DNA of 64,000 nt from an uncultured Gemmatimonadales bacterium (GTDB lineage: Bacteria; Gemmatimonadota; Gemmatimonadetes; Gemmatimonadales; Gemmatimonadaceae), in the NCBI GenBank assembly GCA_963793305.1, contig CAWBZV010000014.1:64001-128000 (forward strand), read 5' to 3'. The notes under the pieces were generated by a model that ran no database searches, was not told the origin of the DNA, and saw only the letters and a list, made by a program, of their open reading frames with translations. Below, piece by piece: positions 19,892 to 29,574 of this stretch. Position 1 is the stretch's first letter; each line of letters opens with the position of its first letter. The translations under genes and the position numbers were made by a program.

Positions 19892-22585
19892 ATGGACGTG
19901 GGCGCGCCCCCACTGATGTCCGAGCGGGACCGCGAGGTCCTGCGCTCGTTCGCGCGCCGCATTGATCCCTCGGACGCCGGGGCCCACAACAACCTCGGCG
20001 TTCTCTACTATCACAAAGGCTTGCACGAGGAGGCCGTCGAGGCCTTCACGCGCGCCCTCGAGCTCGACGGGAAAATGCAGGTTGCCCAGCGCAATCTGGA
20101 GATCGCGTACTTCTCGACCGGATACTACGAGCGCCGGGTCGGCGAGCTCCGCGAGCGCCTGCGCGTCACGCCCGCGGACCGCGAGGCGCGGTGGGAGCTG
20201 GGGCGCGCGTATGCGCTGCTCGGCCGCTCGAGCGAGGCGGTCAACGAATTCAACGAGTTGCTGCGCTACCATCCTGACGATCTCGGGGCAGTCGTCCAAC
20301 TCGGACTGGCCGAGAAAGCCTCGGGCGACCTCGAAACGGCGCAACAGTGGTTTGAACGGGCTCGGGACCTCGATCCGGCGAGCTCGGTCATCCATTTCTA
20401 CGTCGGCGAGGTCCTCTACAACCGCGGGCTGAACGACGAAGCCCTGGCGGCGCTCAACAAGGCCATCGAGCGGAATCCCGATAACCCGGACGCCCACTAT
20501 TTGATGGGCTTCGTGCTCGGCGACATGGGCCGACACGACGAGGCGCGCGAGGCGACGAAGCGGGCCATTCGCTTGAACCCGACGCTGTCACGGGCCCAGG
20601 CGAATCTGACACTGGACGGCGGTCCCCGCCGCATCTCGGCGCCGATGGCGGTCGCCGAAGAGGGTCAGCTCGCGCACTATAATTTGGGCTTGGCGTTCCG
20701 GCAGAAGGGGTACTATGTCGAGGCGCTGCGAGAGTACCAGCTGGCGCTCGACCGCGGCGAGGACGCGCCGCTCGTTCAGCAGGCGATGGCGGAAGTCCAC
20801 CTGCTGCGCAAGGACGTCGCGGCGGCGGTCGCCACCTACGACCAGCTGCTGAACCTCCAGCCCGAGAGCCCGAAGCTGTGGAACGAGCGCGGCGTCGCGC
20901 TCCATCAGCACGGGAAGTACACCGAGGCGGCCGAGTGCTATCAAAAAGCGCTCGACGCGGATCCGCGCTACGCGCTGGCCGCGAACAACCTCGGCGTCGC
21001 CCGGTTCCACGGTGGCGAGAACGAGGGGGCCGTCACGGCGTTCGAGACCGCGCTCGACATCGCCCCCACGTTCGTCAAAGCGCGCCTGAATTTCGCGCTG
21101 CTGCTAATGAAGGGGAAGCGCCTGCAGCAGAGTCTCGAAGCCTACCGTCAGGTGCTCCTCCACGCGCCCGAGAACGCCGTCGCCTGGAACGGCGTGGGCC
21201 TGGTGCTCACCGAGTTGCGCAAGTTCGAGGACGCGCGCAATGCCTTTGCGCGGGCGACGCAAAGCCGGCCGAATTACGCCGAGGCGCACTATAACCTGAG
21301 CTTTGCGCTGTCCAATCTCGGCGACTTCGACAGTGCGCTGCGCGAGACGAAGCGGGCCCTGGAGCTCGATCCGTATTACGTGCCGCAGAAGTTCGAGCTG
21401 ACCATCGATCTCCAGTATGAGGATCCGGATCTCTCGATCGTTCCGGATTTGGGGGGAGCACGACAGACCTCGGCACCCATTGAAGAGTTCGCGTTCGATG
21501 CCACCGTGTTGGATTCGCTGTTCACGGAGCTGACGCCACCGGCCGCTGCATTGGCGATGGCCACCGAGGCGCCGTTGGCGAACCCTTACGCGATGGCGGC
21601 CGACTATCTGTCGAAGGGTCTCTATGATAGGGCCACGGCCGAGGTGAGCCGGGCCTTGCTGAGAGGGGGAGATCGGGCCGACGGCATGGCGCTGCTCGGC
21701 GATGTCTTCGTGCATCAAGGACTGCATGGCGAAGCGCTGGAGCGTTACCGGGACGCACGCCGGGTGCAGGGTGTGCATTTGCGGGCCATGATGGGCGAGG
21801 TCAAAGCGCTCCTCGCCTTAGGCCGGACCAAAGATGCCCGACCGGTTGCCGAAGACCTGCTCGGAGCGGCGCCCGAAGATGTCGATACGCTTCTCCTGGC
21901 GGCGACGGCCAGAGCAGCGACCGGAGATCTGGACGCCGCGCTCGCCGCGCTGGCCCTCGCCAGACGGGCCGCCCCGCAACGAGCCGACGTCGCGCAGAAA
22001 ATCGGCGACGTGCGAAAAGTCGCCGGAGACCGAAGCGGCGCCAGAGCGTCGTACTATGAGGCGCTGGCACTCGACGGAGACCTGGCGGTCGTCCGGTTCG
22101 AGCTGGCGAGGTTGCTCGTGGGCGACGGCCATGAGACCGACGCCGAGGCCGAGCTGCTGGCGGCGTTGGACGCGGTGCCGACCTATGTCGACGCCTCGCT
22201 GGAGCTGGCGCAGCTCTGGCGTCGGACGGGGAAAAAGGAAGCCGCCATGCGGGTCGTCATCGAGTTGTTGGAACGCGATATGACGCTGACGCCGGCGCTC
22301 CTGGCGTTGGGCGAGCTCTTGTTCGAGCTGGGGCGACGAAAGGACGCGGCGTTGGCGTTCGCGCGGTTGCGGCGCATGGAACCCGCGCACCCGGCCGCGC
22401 TCTACTACGAGGGGGCGTTGTTCGCCGAGCAGCACCGATTCCGGGAAGCCATCGAGCGCTGGGAGAAAGTCGTGGAGATCGAACCGGATGGCCCGTACGG
22501 CCGGCGCGCGCGTCGCGACGGGCGCACCGCCGCGGACCTGGCCAAGATCTTCACCAACGGCGCGCGCGCCAACGGGAGGCATTAG
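19892..22585 (+). CDS. Large cytoplasmic multi-TPR protein (~900 aa)
   Basis: Many TPRs (AHNNLGVLYY, AHYLMGFVL, AHYNLGLAF, AWNGVG). No signal peptide seen. Start is ATG 19892 or 19916. Confidence 0.88.
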   Translation: MDVGAPPLMSERDREVLRSFARRIDPSDAGAHNNLGVLYYHKGLHEEAVEAFTRALELDGKMQVAQRNLEIAYFSTGYYERRVGELRERLRVTPADREARWELGRAYALLGRSSEAVNEFNELLRYHPDDLGAVVQLGLAEKASGDLETAQQWFERARDLDPASSVIHFYVGEVLYNRGLNDEALAALNKAIERNPDNPDAHYLMGFVLGDMGRHDEAREATKRAIRLNPTLSRAQANLTLDGGPRRISAPMAVAEEGQLAHYNLGLAFRQKGYYVEALREYQLALDRGEDAPLVQQAMAEVHLLRKDVAAAVATYDQLLNLQPESPKLWNERGVALHQHGKYTEAAECYQKALDADPRYALAANNLGVARFHGGENEGAVTAFETALDIAPTFVKARLNFALLLMKGKRLQQSLEAYRQVLLHAPENAVAWNGVGLVLTELRKFEDARNAFARATQSRPNYAEAHYNLSFALSNLGDFDSALRETKRALELDPYYVPQKFELTIDLQYEDPDLSIVPDLGGARQTSAPIEEFAFDATVLDSLFTELTPPAAALAMATEAPLANPYAMAADYLSKGLYDRATAEVSRALLRGGDRADGMALLGDVFVHQGLHGEALERYRDARRVQGVHLRAMMGEVKALLALGRTKDARPVAEDLLGAAPEDVDTLLLAATARAATGDLDAALAALALARRAAPQRADVAQKIGDVRKVAGDRSGARASYYEALALDGDLAVVRFELARLLVGDGHETDAEAELLAALDAVPTYVDASLELAQLWRRTGKKEAAMRVVIELLERDMTLTPALLALGELLFELGRRKDAALAFARLRRMEPAHPAALYYEGALFAEQHRFREAIERWEKVVEIEPDGPYGRRARRDGRTAADLAKIFTNGARANGRH

Positions 22586-22588
22586 GCC

Positions 22589-23741
22589 ATGGCGATCGAA
22601 GGACCGCTGCGCGAGCTGAGCATACACGATGTCTTCCAGCTGCTGGATCTGAGCCGGAAGACCGGCGCGTTGCGCGTCACGTCGGTGCTCCGCGACAACG
22701 AAGGCACGGTGCTGTTCGATCGCGGCCGCGTCATCTCGGCCAGCATCCGGTCGAGCCCGAACCCGCTCGGCGCGGTCCTCGTCCGGGCCGGCCGCATCAC
22801 CGAGCGCGATCTGGAGCGCGCCCGGAAGGTGCAGCAGGAGAATGGCGCGACGAAGCGATTGGGCGAGATCCTGCTCCAGATCGGAGCGATCTCGGCCCGC
22901 GAGCTGGAGCGCCAGGTGCGTTTACAGATCGAGACGGTCGTGTTCGAGCTCATGTCGTGGCGCGAAGGGTTCTTCTCGTTCGAGGAGCGCGATGTCGGCC
23001 ATGCGCAACTCGAGGCGGCGGTCCACGTGTCGACCGAGTCGCTCCTCATGGAGGGGGCGCGCCGCATCGACGAGTGGAGCCGGATCGCCGACAAGGTGCC
23101 GCACCTGGGCGTGATCCCGATCCTCGCGGCGGTGAACGAGTTGCACGCGACGCAGCTCGATCTGCTGCCGAACGAGTGGGAAGTGTTGGCGATCATCGAC
23201 GGTGCGAACGACCTGCACGGCATCGCGGCCGCGCTCGGCCGGTCCGAGTTCGAACGTCGCGAAAGTCGTGTACGGCTTGCTCACGACCGGCGTGGTGGAG
23301 CTGCGCGGCGGCAGGGGCACGCCCGTCGCGGTGCAGGCGACCGCGGCGCCCGACCCGGCGCGGTACCTGACGCTCGCGGAGGCGGCGCTGGCCGACGGGC
23401 TGTACGACGAAGCGCTCAATTCGGCGCGCTCGGCGATCGCCGCCGATCCGCGCGCGCCCGCGGCGCGCCTCATGGCGGCGCGAGCCTTGCGAAAGCTCAA
23501 GCGGCATGCGGAAGCGGCCGACGAGTTGCGTCGGGCGGCCGAGGCCGACCCGAAGCATCCGCATATCCAGCTGGAGCTCGGACTGGCGGCGCTCTGTCAG
23601 GGCGATTTCCGCGGCGCCGTGCACATCTGGCGGCAATACCTGGAGGCCGCCCCCGAGGAGGCCGAAGCGACCGAAGTCCGCGAAGCCGTCGATTCGGCTG
23701 CGCGACTCGATCGATTTGTCGAGAGCTATGTCGGTGTCTGA
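22589..23741 (+). CDS. DUF4388/PatA-N-like + MshEN-like + wHTH-like + TPR protein (apparent +1 frameshift at ~23253)
   Basis: GPLRELSIHDVFQLLDLSRKTGAL, WREGFFSF, ESLLMEGARRIDE. Removing one A restores SEFDVAKVVYGL, which matches paralog 27958 (SEFDVGKALFAL), and joins ORF 23202..23741. Confidence 0.82.
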
Positions 23742-24645
23742 CGATATCCGCCGTTGGAGCGATGAGCTGGCGCGCAGTCCCGCCAGCATGGTCTTCTTGC
23801 CTTTGGGCGAGGCCCTGCGCACGCGCGGGCAGATCGACGTCGCGCTGCGCGTCGCGTTGCGCGGGCTCGAGCGCCATCCGTACGACGCCGACGCGCACGA
23901 CCTGCTCGCGCGCATCTACGCCGATCGCGGCGAGACCGAGCGGGCGCTCGACGAATGGGATGCGGCCATCCGCTGTACGCCCGGGCACGCTGGCGCCCTC
24001 AAGGGCATGGGCTTCGTCTGCTTCAACCAGGGCCGCATCGTGGACGCCGAGCGGTATCTCGCCGAGGCAGCAGCCGCGAGTCCGGAAGACGACGGGCTCG
24101 CGATGGCGCTCGAGCGCGTCCGCGCTGCGGCTACTCCGCCTGACCCTGAGCCCGTGGCTGCACCGGCGCCCGAGCCGGAACCCGAACCCACACCTGTCGC
24201 CAACGGCAACGGCCACGGCCCGACGAATGGCGACGTGCGGGCCGAGCCAACGCTCGCCGAAGGCGACGCGCACTTTGGCGATCCACGACAGCTCTTTGCT
24301 GATCTCATTGGCGTGGCGGACCAAGCCGCGCTGCTGCTGGATGAGGACGGCCTGGTGATGGCGGGCCAGTACGTGGTCTCCGATGGCATGGACGTCGGAG
24401 CCGAAGTGGGCGCTGCCCTGAGCGGCATCAGCGACGAGGCGAGGCGCGCCATGCGGCATCTCCCGCTCGGCGACTGGCGCACGATCATCTTCGAGACGCC
24501 CGCCGCAACCGTCGTGATGACACCGGCCCCGCAGGATGGCCTGGTGCTCGTCGCGGCCGCGCCCGAAGTGCCGTCAGGCCTCGTGCGTCGCGCCCTCGAG
24601 AGCGTATCCCAGCGCGCGAAACGCTGGATGGAGCAGCTCTCATGA
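23728..24645 (+). CDS. TPR + Pro/Glu linker + Roadblock/LC7 domain fusion
   Basis: N-terminal TPRs (FLPLGEALR, AHDLLARIY), PEPEPEP linker, and C-terminal ALLLDEDGLVMAG...VPSGLVRR Roadblock pattern. Confidence 0.78.
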   Translation: MSVSDDIRRWSDELARSPASMVFLPLGEALRTRGQIDVALRVALRGLERHPYDADAHDLLARIYADRGETERALDEWDAAIRCTPGHAGALKGMGFVCFNQGRIVDAERYLAEAAAASPEDDGLAMALERVRAAATPPDPEPVAAPAPEPEPEPTPVANGNGHGPTNGDVRAEPTLAEGDAHFGDPRQLFADLIGVADQAALLLDEDGLVMAGQYVVSDGMDVGAEVGAALSGISDEARRAMRHLPLGDWRTIIFETPAATVVMTPAPQDGLVLVAAAPEVPSGLVRRALESVSQRAKRWMEQLS

Positions 24646-24998
24646 GCTCGAGCTCGCCGTTCATTCCCTCGCTCGAACACCTGACACGCCAGCGCGGCGT
24701 GCTCGGCAGCCTCGTGGTGAGCGAGACCGATGGCATCGTCATCGATGCCGTGGTACAACCGAGCGTCAAGGCACCAGTCGTCGCGGCGCTCGCCGCGTCG
24801 CTCTATCGGCGCGCCCGGCAGTCGGCGCACGCCGCGGGACTCGGGGGTGTGAGGTACTTGGAGCTGGTGGCCGACGGCGGCCGGCTCTGTATGGCCGGGC
24901 GCGATGATCTCGTGGTCGTCCTGGTGACCGATACCCGCGTCGGGGTGGGACTGCTGCGCGTCGAGTTACTTCGAACCGCCGCGGAGTTGCCCGAGTGA
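24642..24998 (+). CDS. Roadblock/LC7 domain protein (MglB/MglC-like)
   Basis: 118 aa: GVLGSLVVSETDGIVI, AALAASL, VGVGLLRVEL. Confidence 0.82.
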   Translation: MSSSSPFIPSLEHLTRQRGVLGSLVVSETDGIVIDAVVQPSVKAPVVAALAASLYRRARQSAHAAGLGGVRYLELVADGGRLCMAGRDDLVVVLVTDTRVGVGLLRVELLRTAAELPE

Positions 24999-25465
24999 GC
25001 CTCGCCGTCGTCGAGCGCTGGGTCGAGGCGCCGCTCAGGCGATTCGTCGAGGACGCGCAAGCCGTGCTCGCGCTCTTGCTGACGCCCAGTGGTCAGGTGC
25101 TGGCCCAGCACGGGTTCACGCGCGCGGTCGACGTCATGTCGGCGTGCGCGCTGGCGGCGGCCATCCATGCATCGTCGACCGAGCTCGGACGACAGTTGCA
25201 GGGCCGGCCCTTCGCGGGCCTGCATCACGCGGGCCGCCGGCGGCAGCTCTTCCTGGCGCGCGCGGATACCCCGCGCGGGCCGTACGTGTTCTTGACCGTG
25301 TTCGACCAGGCGAGCTCGCTCGGCCTGGTGCAACTCTACTACGATGAGTTCACGGCGCGCTTGGGCGATGCCGCGCCACCGAAATCGAATGATACGACCG
25401 AGATCCTGGCGGAGAACTTCGAGTCGGAGTTGGATCGCAACCTGAAGCTCTTGTTTAGCCGATAA
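24995..25465 (+). CDS. mglB: MglB-like Roadblock protein (putative GAP)
   Basis: LLLTPSGQVLAQHG, VFDQASSLGLV, acidic C-terminal helix. Immediately upstream of mglA. Confidence 0.8.
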   Translation: MSLAVVERWVEAPLRRFVEDAQAVLALLLTPSGQVLAQHGFTRAVDVMSACALAAAIHASSTELGRQLQGRPFAGLHHAGRRRQLFLARADTPRGPYVFLTVFDQASSLGLVQLYYDEFTARLGDAAPPKSNDTTEILAENFESELDRNLKLLFSR

Positions 25466-26070
25466 TGTCGCTCGTCAACTATTCCACCCGCGAGATCACG
25501 TGCAAGATCGTCTACTACGGCCCAGGGCGGTCGGGGAAGACGTTGAATTTGCACTACATCTACGGGCAGGTGCCGAGCGATCGCAAAGGCAAGATGGTCT
25601 CGTTGGCGACCCAAACCGACCGCACCCTGTTCTTCGATTTCCTGCCATTGGACCTGGGCTCGATCTCCGGGTTCACCACCAAGATCCAGCTCTATACGGT
25701 CCCTGGGCAGATCTACTATCAGACCACCCGCCGGCTCGTGCTCCAGGGCGCCGATGGCGTCGTCTTCGTCGCCGACAGCCAGAGTCGGCAACTGGAAGAG
25801 AACATCGAGAGCTTGCAGGACCTGCACGCGAATCTGGAAGAACAAGGGGTCGACCCCCGCGGCGTTCCGCTGGTGCTGCAGTACAACAAGCAGGACTTGC
25901 CGCGCGATCTGATTCTGGACGAAGCCACGCTCGATGACGCGCTGAACTTCAGGGGCGTTCCCCATTTTGCCGCCGATGCGCTGCATGGCGCCGGCGTATT
26001 CGAAACCCTCCGTGGCATCTCGGAGCTGGTGCTCAAGCGATTGAGCTCGCCCAACGGGGCGCGACGCTGA
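25465..26070 (+). CDS. mglA: MglA small Ras-like GTPase
   Basis: REITCKIVYYGPGRSGKT, DRTLFFDFLP, YTVPGQ, GADGVVFVADS, YNKQD. Confidence 0.95.
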   Translation: MSLVNYSTREITCKIVYYGPGRSGKTLNLHYIYGQVPSDRKGKMVSLATQTDRTLFFDFLPLDLGSISGFTTKIQLYTVPGQIYYQTTRRLVLQGADGVVFVADSQSRQLEENIESLQDLHANLEEQGVDPRGVPLVLQYNKQDLPRDLILDEATLDDALNFRGVPHFAADALHGAGVFETLRGISELVLKRLSSPNGARR

Positions 26071-26071
26071 A

Positions 26072-27956
26072 ATGGCGAACAATCGCTATCGGTTCGACAA
26101 CTTCATCGTCGGCTCGGCCAATCGCTTAGCCGTGGCGGCCGCGCGCGCGGTCGCCGAGTCGCCCGGGAGTGCCTACAACCCCCTGTTCATCTATGCCGGA
26201 TCAGGGCTCGGCAAGACGCATCTCATGGGCGCGATCGCCCATCACGCCGCGTCAGTCCAACCGGCACTTAAACTCGATTACCTGTCGCTCGACGAGTTCG
26301 TGCGCCAGTTGCATGCGGCGGTATCGATAGGACAGGCCGAGAATTTTCGGCAACGATATCAGCATGTCGACCTGCTGCTCCTCGATGACGTGCAGTTTTT
26401 GACCGGACGCCGAGAGACGCAGAGCGAGATGCTGCGCCTGTTCAACGCCCTGCAGGGCGCCGGCCGCCAGATCGTCATGACGAGCGACCGGCCGCCGTCC
26501 GACATCGCCGATGTCGACGAACGGCTGCTCAACCGGCTGGCGGGTGGCCTCATTGTCGACATCGGCGCGCCCGACTACGAGACGCGGGTCGCGATCCTCA
26601 GGAGCAAATGCGAGGAGCGCGAGGTGCGATTCGCGACCGGCGTCATCGAAGCGCTGGCCAAGATGACGTTCGGGAATGTCCGTGAGCTGCAAGGCGCGCT
26701 CAATCGCCTGATCGCCCATCAGACGCTGGAGGAAGGCGATCTCACCGCCGACGATGTCGCGATGCTGCTCGGTGGCACGACCGCGACCCGGAGCACCGTC
26801 GAACGCGATAACAGCGGCGAATACCTGGCCTTTCTCACTGGCGTGCAGCGCGTCGTCTCCGAGAACGCGTGGCGGGTCCGGCTCGGCGAAGGCATCGCGT
26901 ACTGGCGCGGCGAAGGCTACCGCACGGGTCCACTCGATCGGCTCTTCGAGGGGCGTGTCGAGCCGGACGTTCGAGCGCGTCCTCACGGACTTCTCGACAT
27001 TGATCGACCGGTTGCGGGCACTGGAGGCCGAAGCGACCACCGTCGACGCATCGCTCGGCGGCGCTGATGTGTTCCGCGATCCGGATCGCCTGTCTCAGGC
27101 CGAGGCGCTGGTGGTGAAGGCGCAAGCGGGCGAGGTCGCACCGGACGGGCCGTCGCCCGCGTTTACGCGTGACGAGTACGAGGTCGGCGCCGCGAACCAG
27201 CTCGCGGTGCGCGCGGCCGATGCCATCATCGCCGATCCCGGGCGGCGCTACAACCCCTACTTCATCCATGGGCCGAGTGGCGTCGGCAAGACCCACTTGA
27301 TGCACGCGATCGGGAATGGGATTGCGGGATCGACGTGCCTCGGGGCGCAGCAGTTCGTGGACAGCCTGATCGCTGCGCTGCAAGAAGGCACGGTCGAACG
27401 CTGGCGTGCCCGGTTCCGCGCTGCCGGCGCATTGCTCATCGATGACGTGCACTTTCTCGCCGGCAAAGAGCGGACGCAAGAAGAATTGTTTCACGTGTTC
27501 AACGACATGTACGACCAAGGCAAACAAGTCGTGCTGTCGAGCGACCGTCCGCCGAAAGAATTGGAGGACCTGGAAGAGCGTTTGCGATCCCGGTTCGAGG
27601 GCGGATTGGTCGTCGCCATTCAGCCGCCCGATCGTGGCCTCCGTGAGAAGTTGTACGCTCGTTTCCTGGCGAGGGCCGATATCGAGCCGGAGCCGGCGCT
27701 CGTCATGTATCTCGCGGACCGCCCCGTGGCGAGCGTGCGAGAGATTGCCGGAACGATTCAGCGGCTCATGGCGACGGCCGAAGTCGCCGGTGCGGCGGTG
27801 TCCCTCGATCTCGCGCAAAACGAGCTCGATGGCCCGGGCTCCGCGCGCGTGCCGGCGCCGAAGGAGATGGCGGTCGACGCGTTCTTCCTCGATGACGAGA
27901 AAGTCATCTGGGACTGGCCGGAGATGAGCGGCCGCGTCATCGAGGAGTGGCGCTAA
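26072..27956 (+). CDS. Tandem DnaA/Hda-type AAA+ protein lacking DnaA domains I and IV (apparent +1 frameshift at ~26970)
   Basis: Module 1: YNPLFIYAGSGLGKT, LLLLDD, SDRPP, NRLAGG, NVRELQGAL. Module 2: YNPYFIHGPSGVGKT, LLIDD, SDRPP, SRFEGG, SVREIAG. Removing one T restores EPDVERVL and fuses the two ORFs (~627 aa). Confidence 0.82.
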
Positions 27957-27957
27957 G

Positions 27958-29574
27958 ATGGCCATCAAAGGCAGCCTCAAAGAGGCCAGTCTGCCGGACG
28001 TGCTCCAGCTGCTTGCCATGGGCAAGAAGACGGGGTGCCTCAGCGTCACGCATCGGAACAACTTCGGCTACATCTACTTCGAGAAAGGGCGCATTGCGTA
28101 TGCGTCCATTGTCAATCGGCGCGACCGCCTCGGCGATCTGCTGATCAAGGCCGGTTTGATCACCCGTGACCAGGTGGACGAAGCGATCGGATCCCAGCCC
28201 GGCTACAAAGACAAGCGTCTCGGCGACATTCTCGTGGCCCAGGGCCTGGTCTCGCGCGACGAGCTGCACGCGCAGATACGGGTGCAGATTCAGGAAGCCG
28301 TCTATTTCCTGTTCACGTGGTCGCAAGGCTCGTTCAACTTCGAGGCGGACATCCGCCCCGAAGAGCTGGACTTTGTGGTGTCGATCAACCCCGAATCCCT
28401 GCTCCTGGAAGGCGCGCGGCGGGTCGACGAGTGGGGATTGATCAGCAAGAAGATTCCGAGCTTCGATCTCGTGTTCGAGATCGATCGCGATCGACTCAAG
28501 CAGAGTGACGTCACGCTCACGCACCAGCAGGAAGTGCTGCTCGATTCCATCGACGGCAAGCACGACGTGACCGCGCTGGTCGATGCGAGCGGACTCAGTG
28601 AATTCGACGTTGGCAAGGCGTTGTTCGCGCTCCTGTCGGCGGGCTTCCTGCATCGCGTGGGGACCAGCAAGGCCGAGCCGATGGTCTCCGACGCGCGCGT
28701 CGAAGAGCACCGGAACCTCGGCATCGCGTTCTACAAAACCGGCATGTTCGAAGAGGCCGTCCGCGAGTTTCGGCGGGTCTCCGAGTGTCGGCCCGCCGAT
28801 CAGGGCGCGCCGTTCTATCTCGGTCTGGTCCTGATGCGCCAGGGGAAATGGCCGGCGGCCGCCGACGTCTACCGCGGCGCCGCGCAGACCCTTGGGGCCA
28901 AGCCGGCGGTGTTTTGCAACCTGGCGTACATCCTGGAGCGTCTCGGTGAGTACGACGAGGCGCGCGCGGCACTCGACGAGGCCGTCAAACGCGGCGCGGG
29001 GAATTTGCCGCAAGTGCGCACCTCGTACGGCGCCCTGGCGCTCCGTGGCGGAGATATCGCGGAGGCGGACGCGGTCCTCTCTGCCGCTCGCCCGCTGTGG
29101 GGCAAGAGGCCACCACCACCCGCGTGGTTCCACTACGCCGGATTGGCGGCGGCGTTGGCGGGAGATCTCGACCGGGCCACGGAGCTCCTGACCGAAGGAA
29201 CGGCGCTGCACCCGCATGCCGCGGCGCTGTTCAATAATCTGGCCGCGGTCGCGGAACGACGCGGGGGCTGGGCCGACGCCGCGATGTTCATTGAGCGCGG
29301 CACGGCCGAGGATCCGGCGTTGCCGCAGCTGCACAAGAACTCAGGCGACTATGCGTACCGCTCGGGACAGTATGACGAAGCGCTCGACGCGTATCAGCGT
29401 GCGACGCGACTCAACCCCGCGCTGGGCGACGATGTCTTCTTCAAGATCGGCAATATTCGCTATCGACGACGCGAGACGGCCGAGGCCGTGAAGTGTTGGG
29501 AACGCGCGCTGGAGCTCGAGCCGGCGAATGCGATCATACGGAGTAATCTGGACGCGGTCCGGCGGGCGGGATGA
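27958..29574 (+). CDS. DUF4388/PatA-N-like + MshEN + wHTH-like + TPR protein
   Basis: GSLKEASLPDVLQLLAMGKKTGCL, tandem RLGxxLxxxGLI/V motifs, ESLLLEGARRVDE, C-terminal TPRs. Paralog of 22589. Confidence 0.85.
   Translation: MAIKGSLKEASLPDVLQLLAMGKKTGCLSVTHRNNFGYIYFEKGRIAYASIVNRRDRLGDLLIKAGLITRDQVDEAIGSQPGYKDKRLGDILVAQGLVSRDELHAQIRVQIQEAVYFLFTWSQGSFNFEADIRPEELDFVVSINPESLLLEGARRVDEWGLISKKIPSFDLVFEIDRDRLKQSDVTLTHQQEVLLDSIDGKHDVTALVDASGLSEFDVGKALFALLSAGFLHRVGTSKAEPMVSDARVEEHRNLGIAFYKTGMFEEAVREFRRVSECRPADQGAPFYLGLVLMRQGKWPAAADVYRGAAQTLGAKPAVFCNLAYILERLGEYDEARAALDEAVKRGAGNLPQVRTSYGALALRGGDIAEADAVLSAARPLWGKRPPPPAWFHYAGLAAALAGDLDRATELLTEGTALHPHAAALFNNLAAVAERRGGWADAAMFIERGTAEDPALPQLHKNSGDYAYRSGQYDEALDAYQRATRLNPALGDDVFFKIGNIRYRRRETAEAVKCWERALELEPANAIIRSNLDAVRRAG

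Noticed and set aside
17760..19913. 717-aa antisense ORF and other long overlapping ORFs
   Set aside because: Shadow frames of well-supported genes in high-GC DNA, with no recognisable motifs.
24130..24200. Tandem DNA repeat
   Set aside because: Only codons of a Pro/Glu low-complexity linker.
23259..24358. Arg-rich C-terminus of the 589-aa ORF
   Set aside because: Out-of-frame read-through after the frameshift. It overlaps two better-supported frames.
26072..27956. Calling this the replication initiator dnaA or an origin region
   Set aside because: No domain I or IV, duplicated ATPase module, no dnaN/gyrB neighbours and no flanking intergenic DNA.
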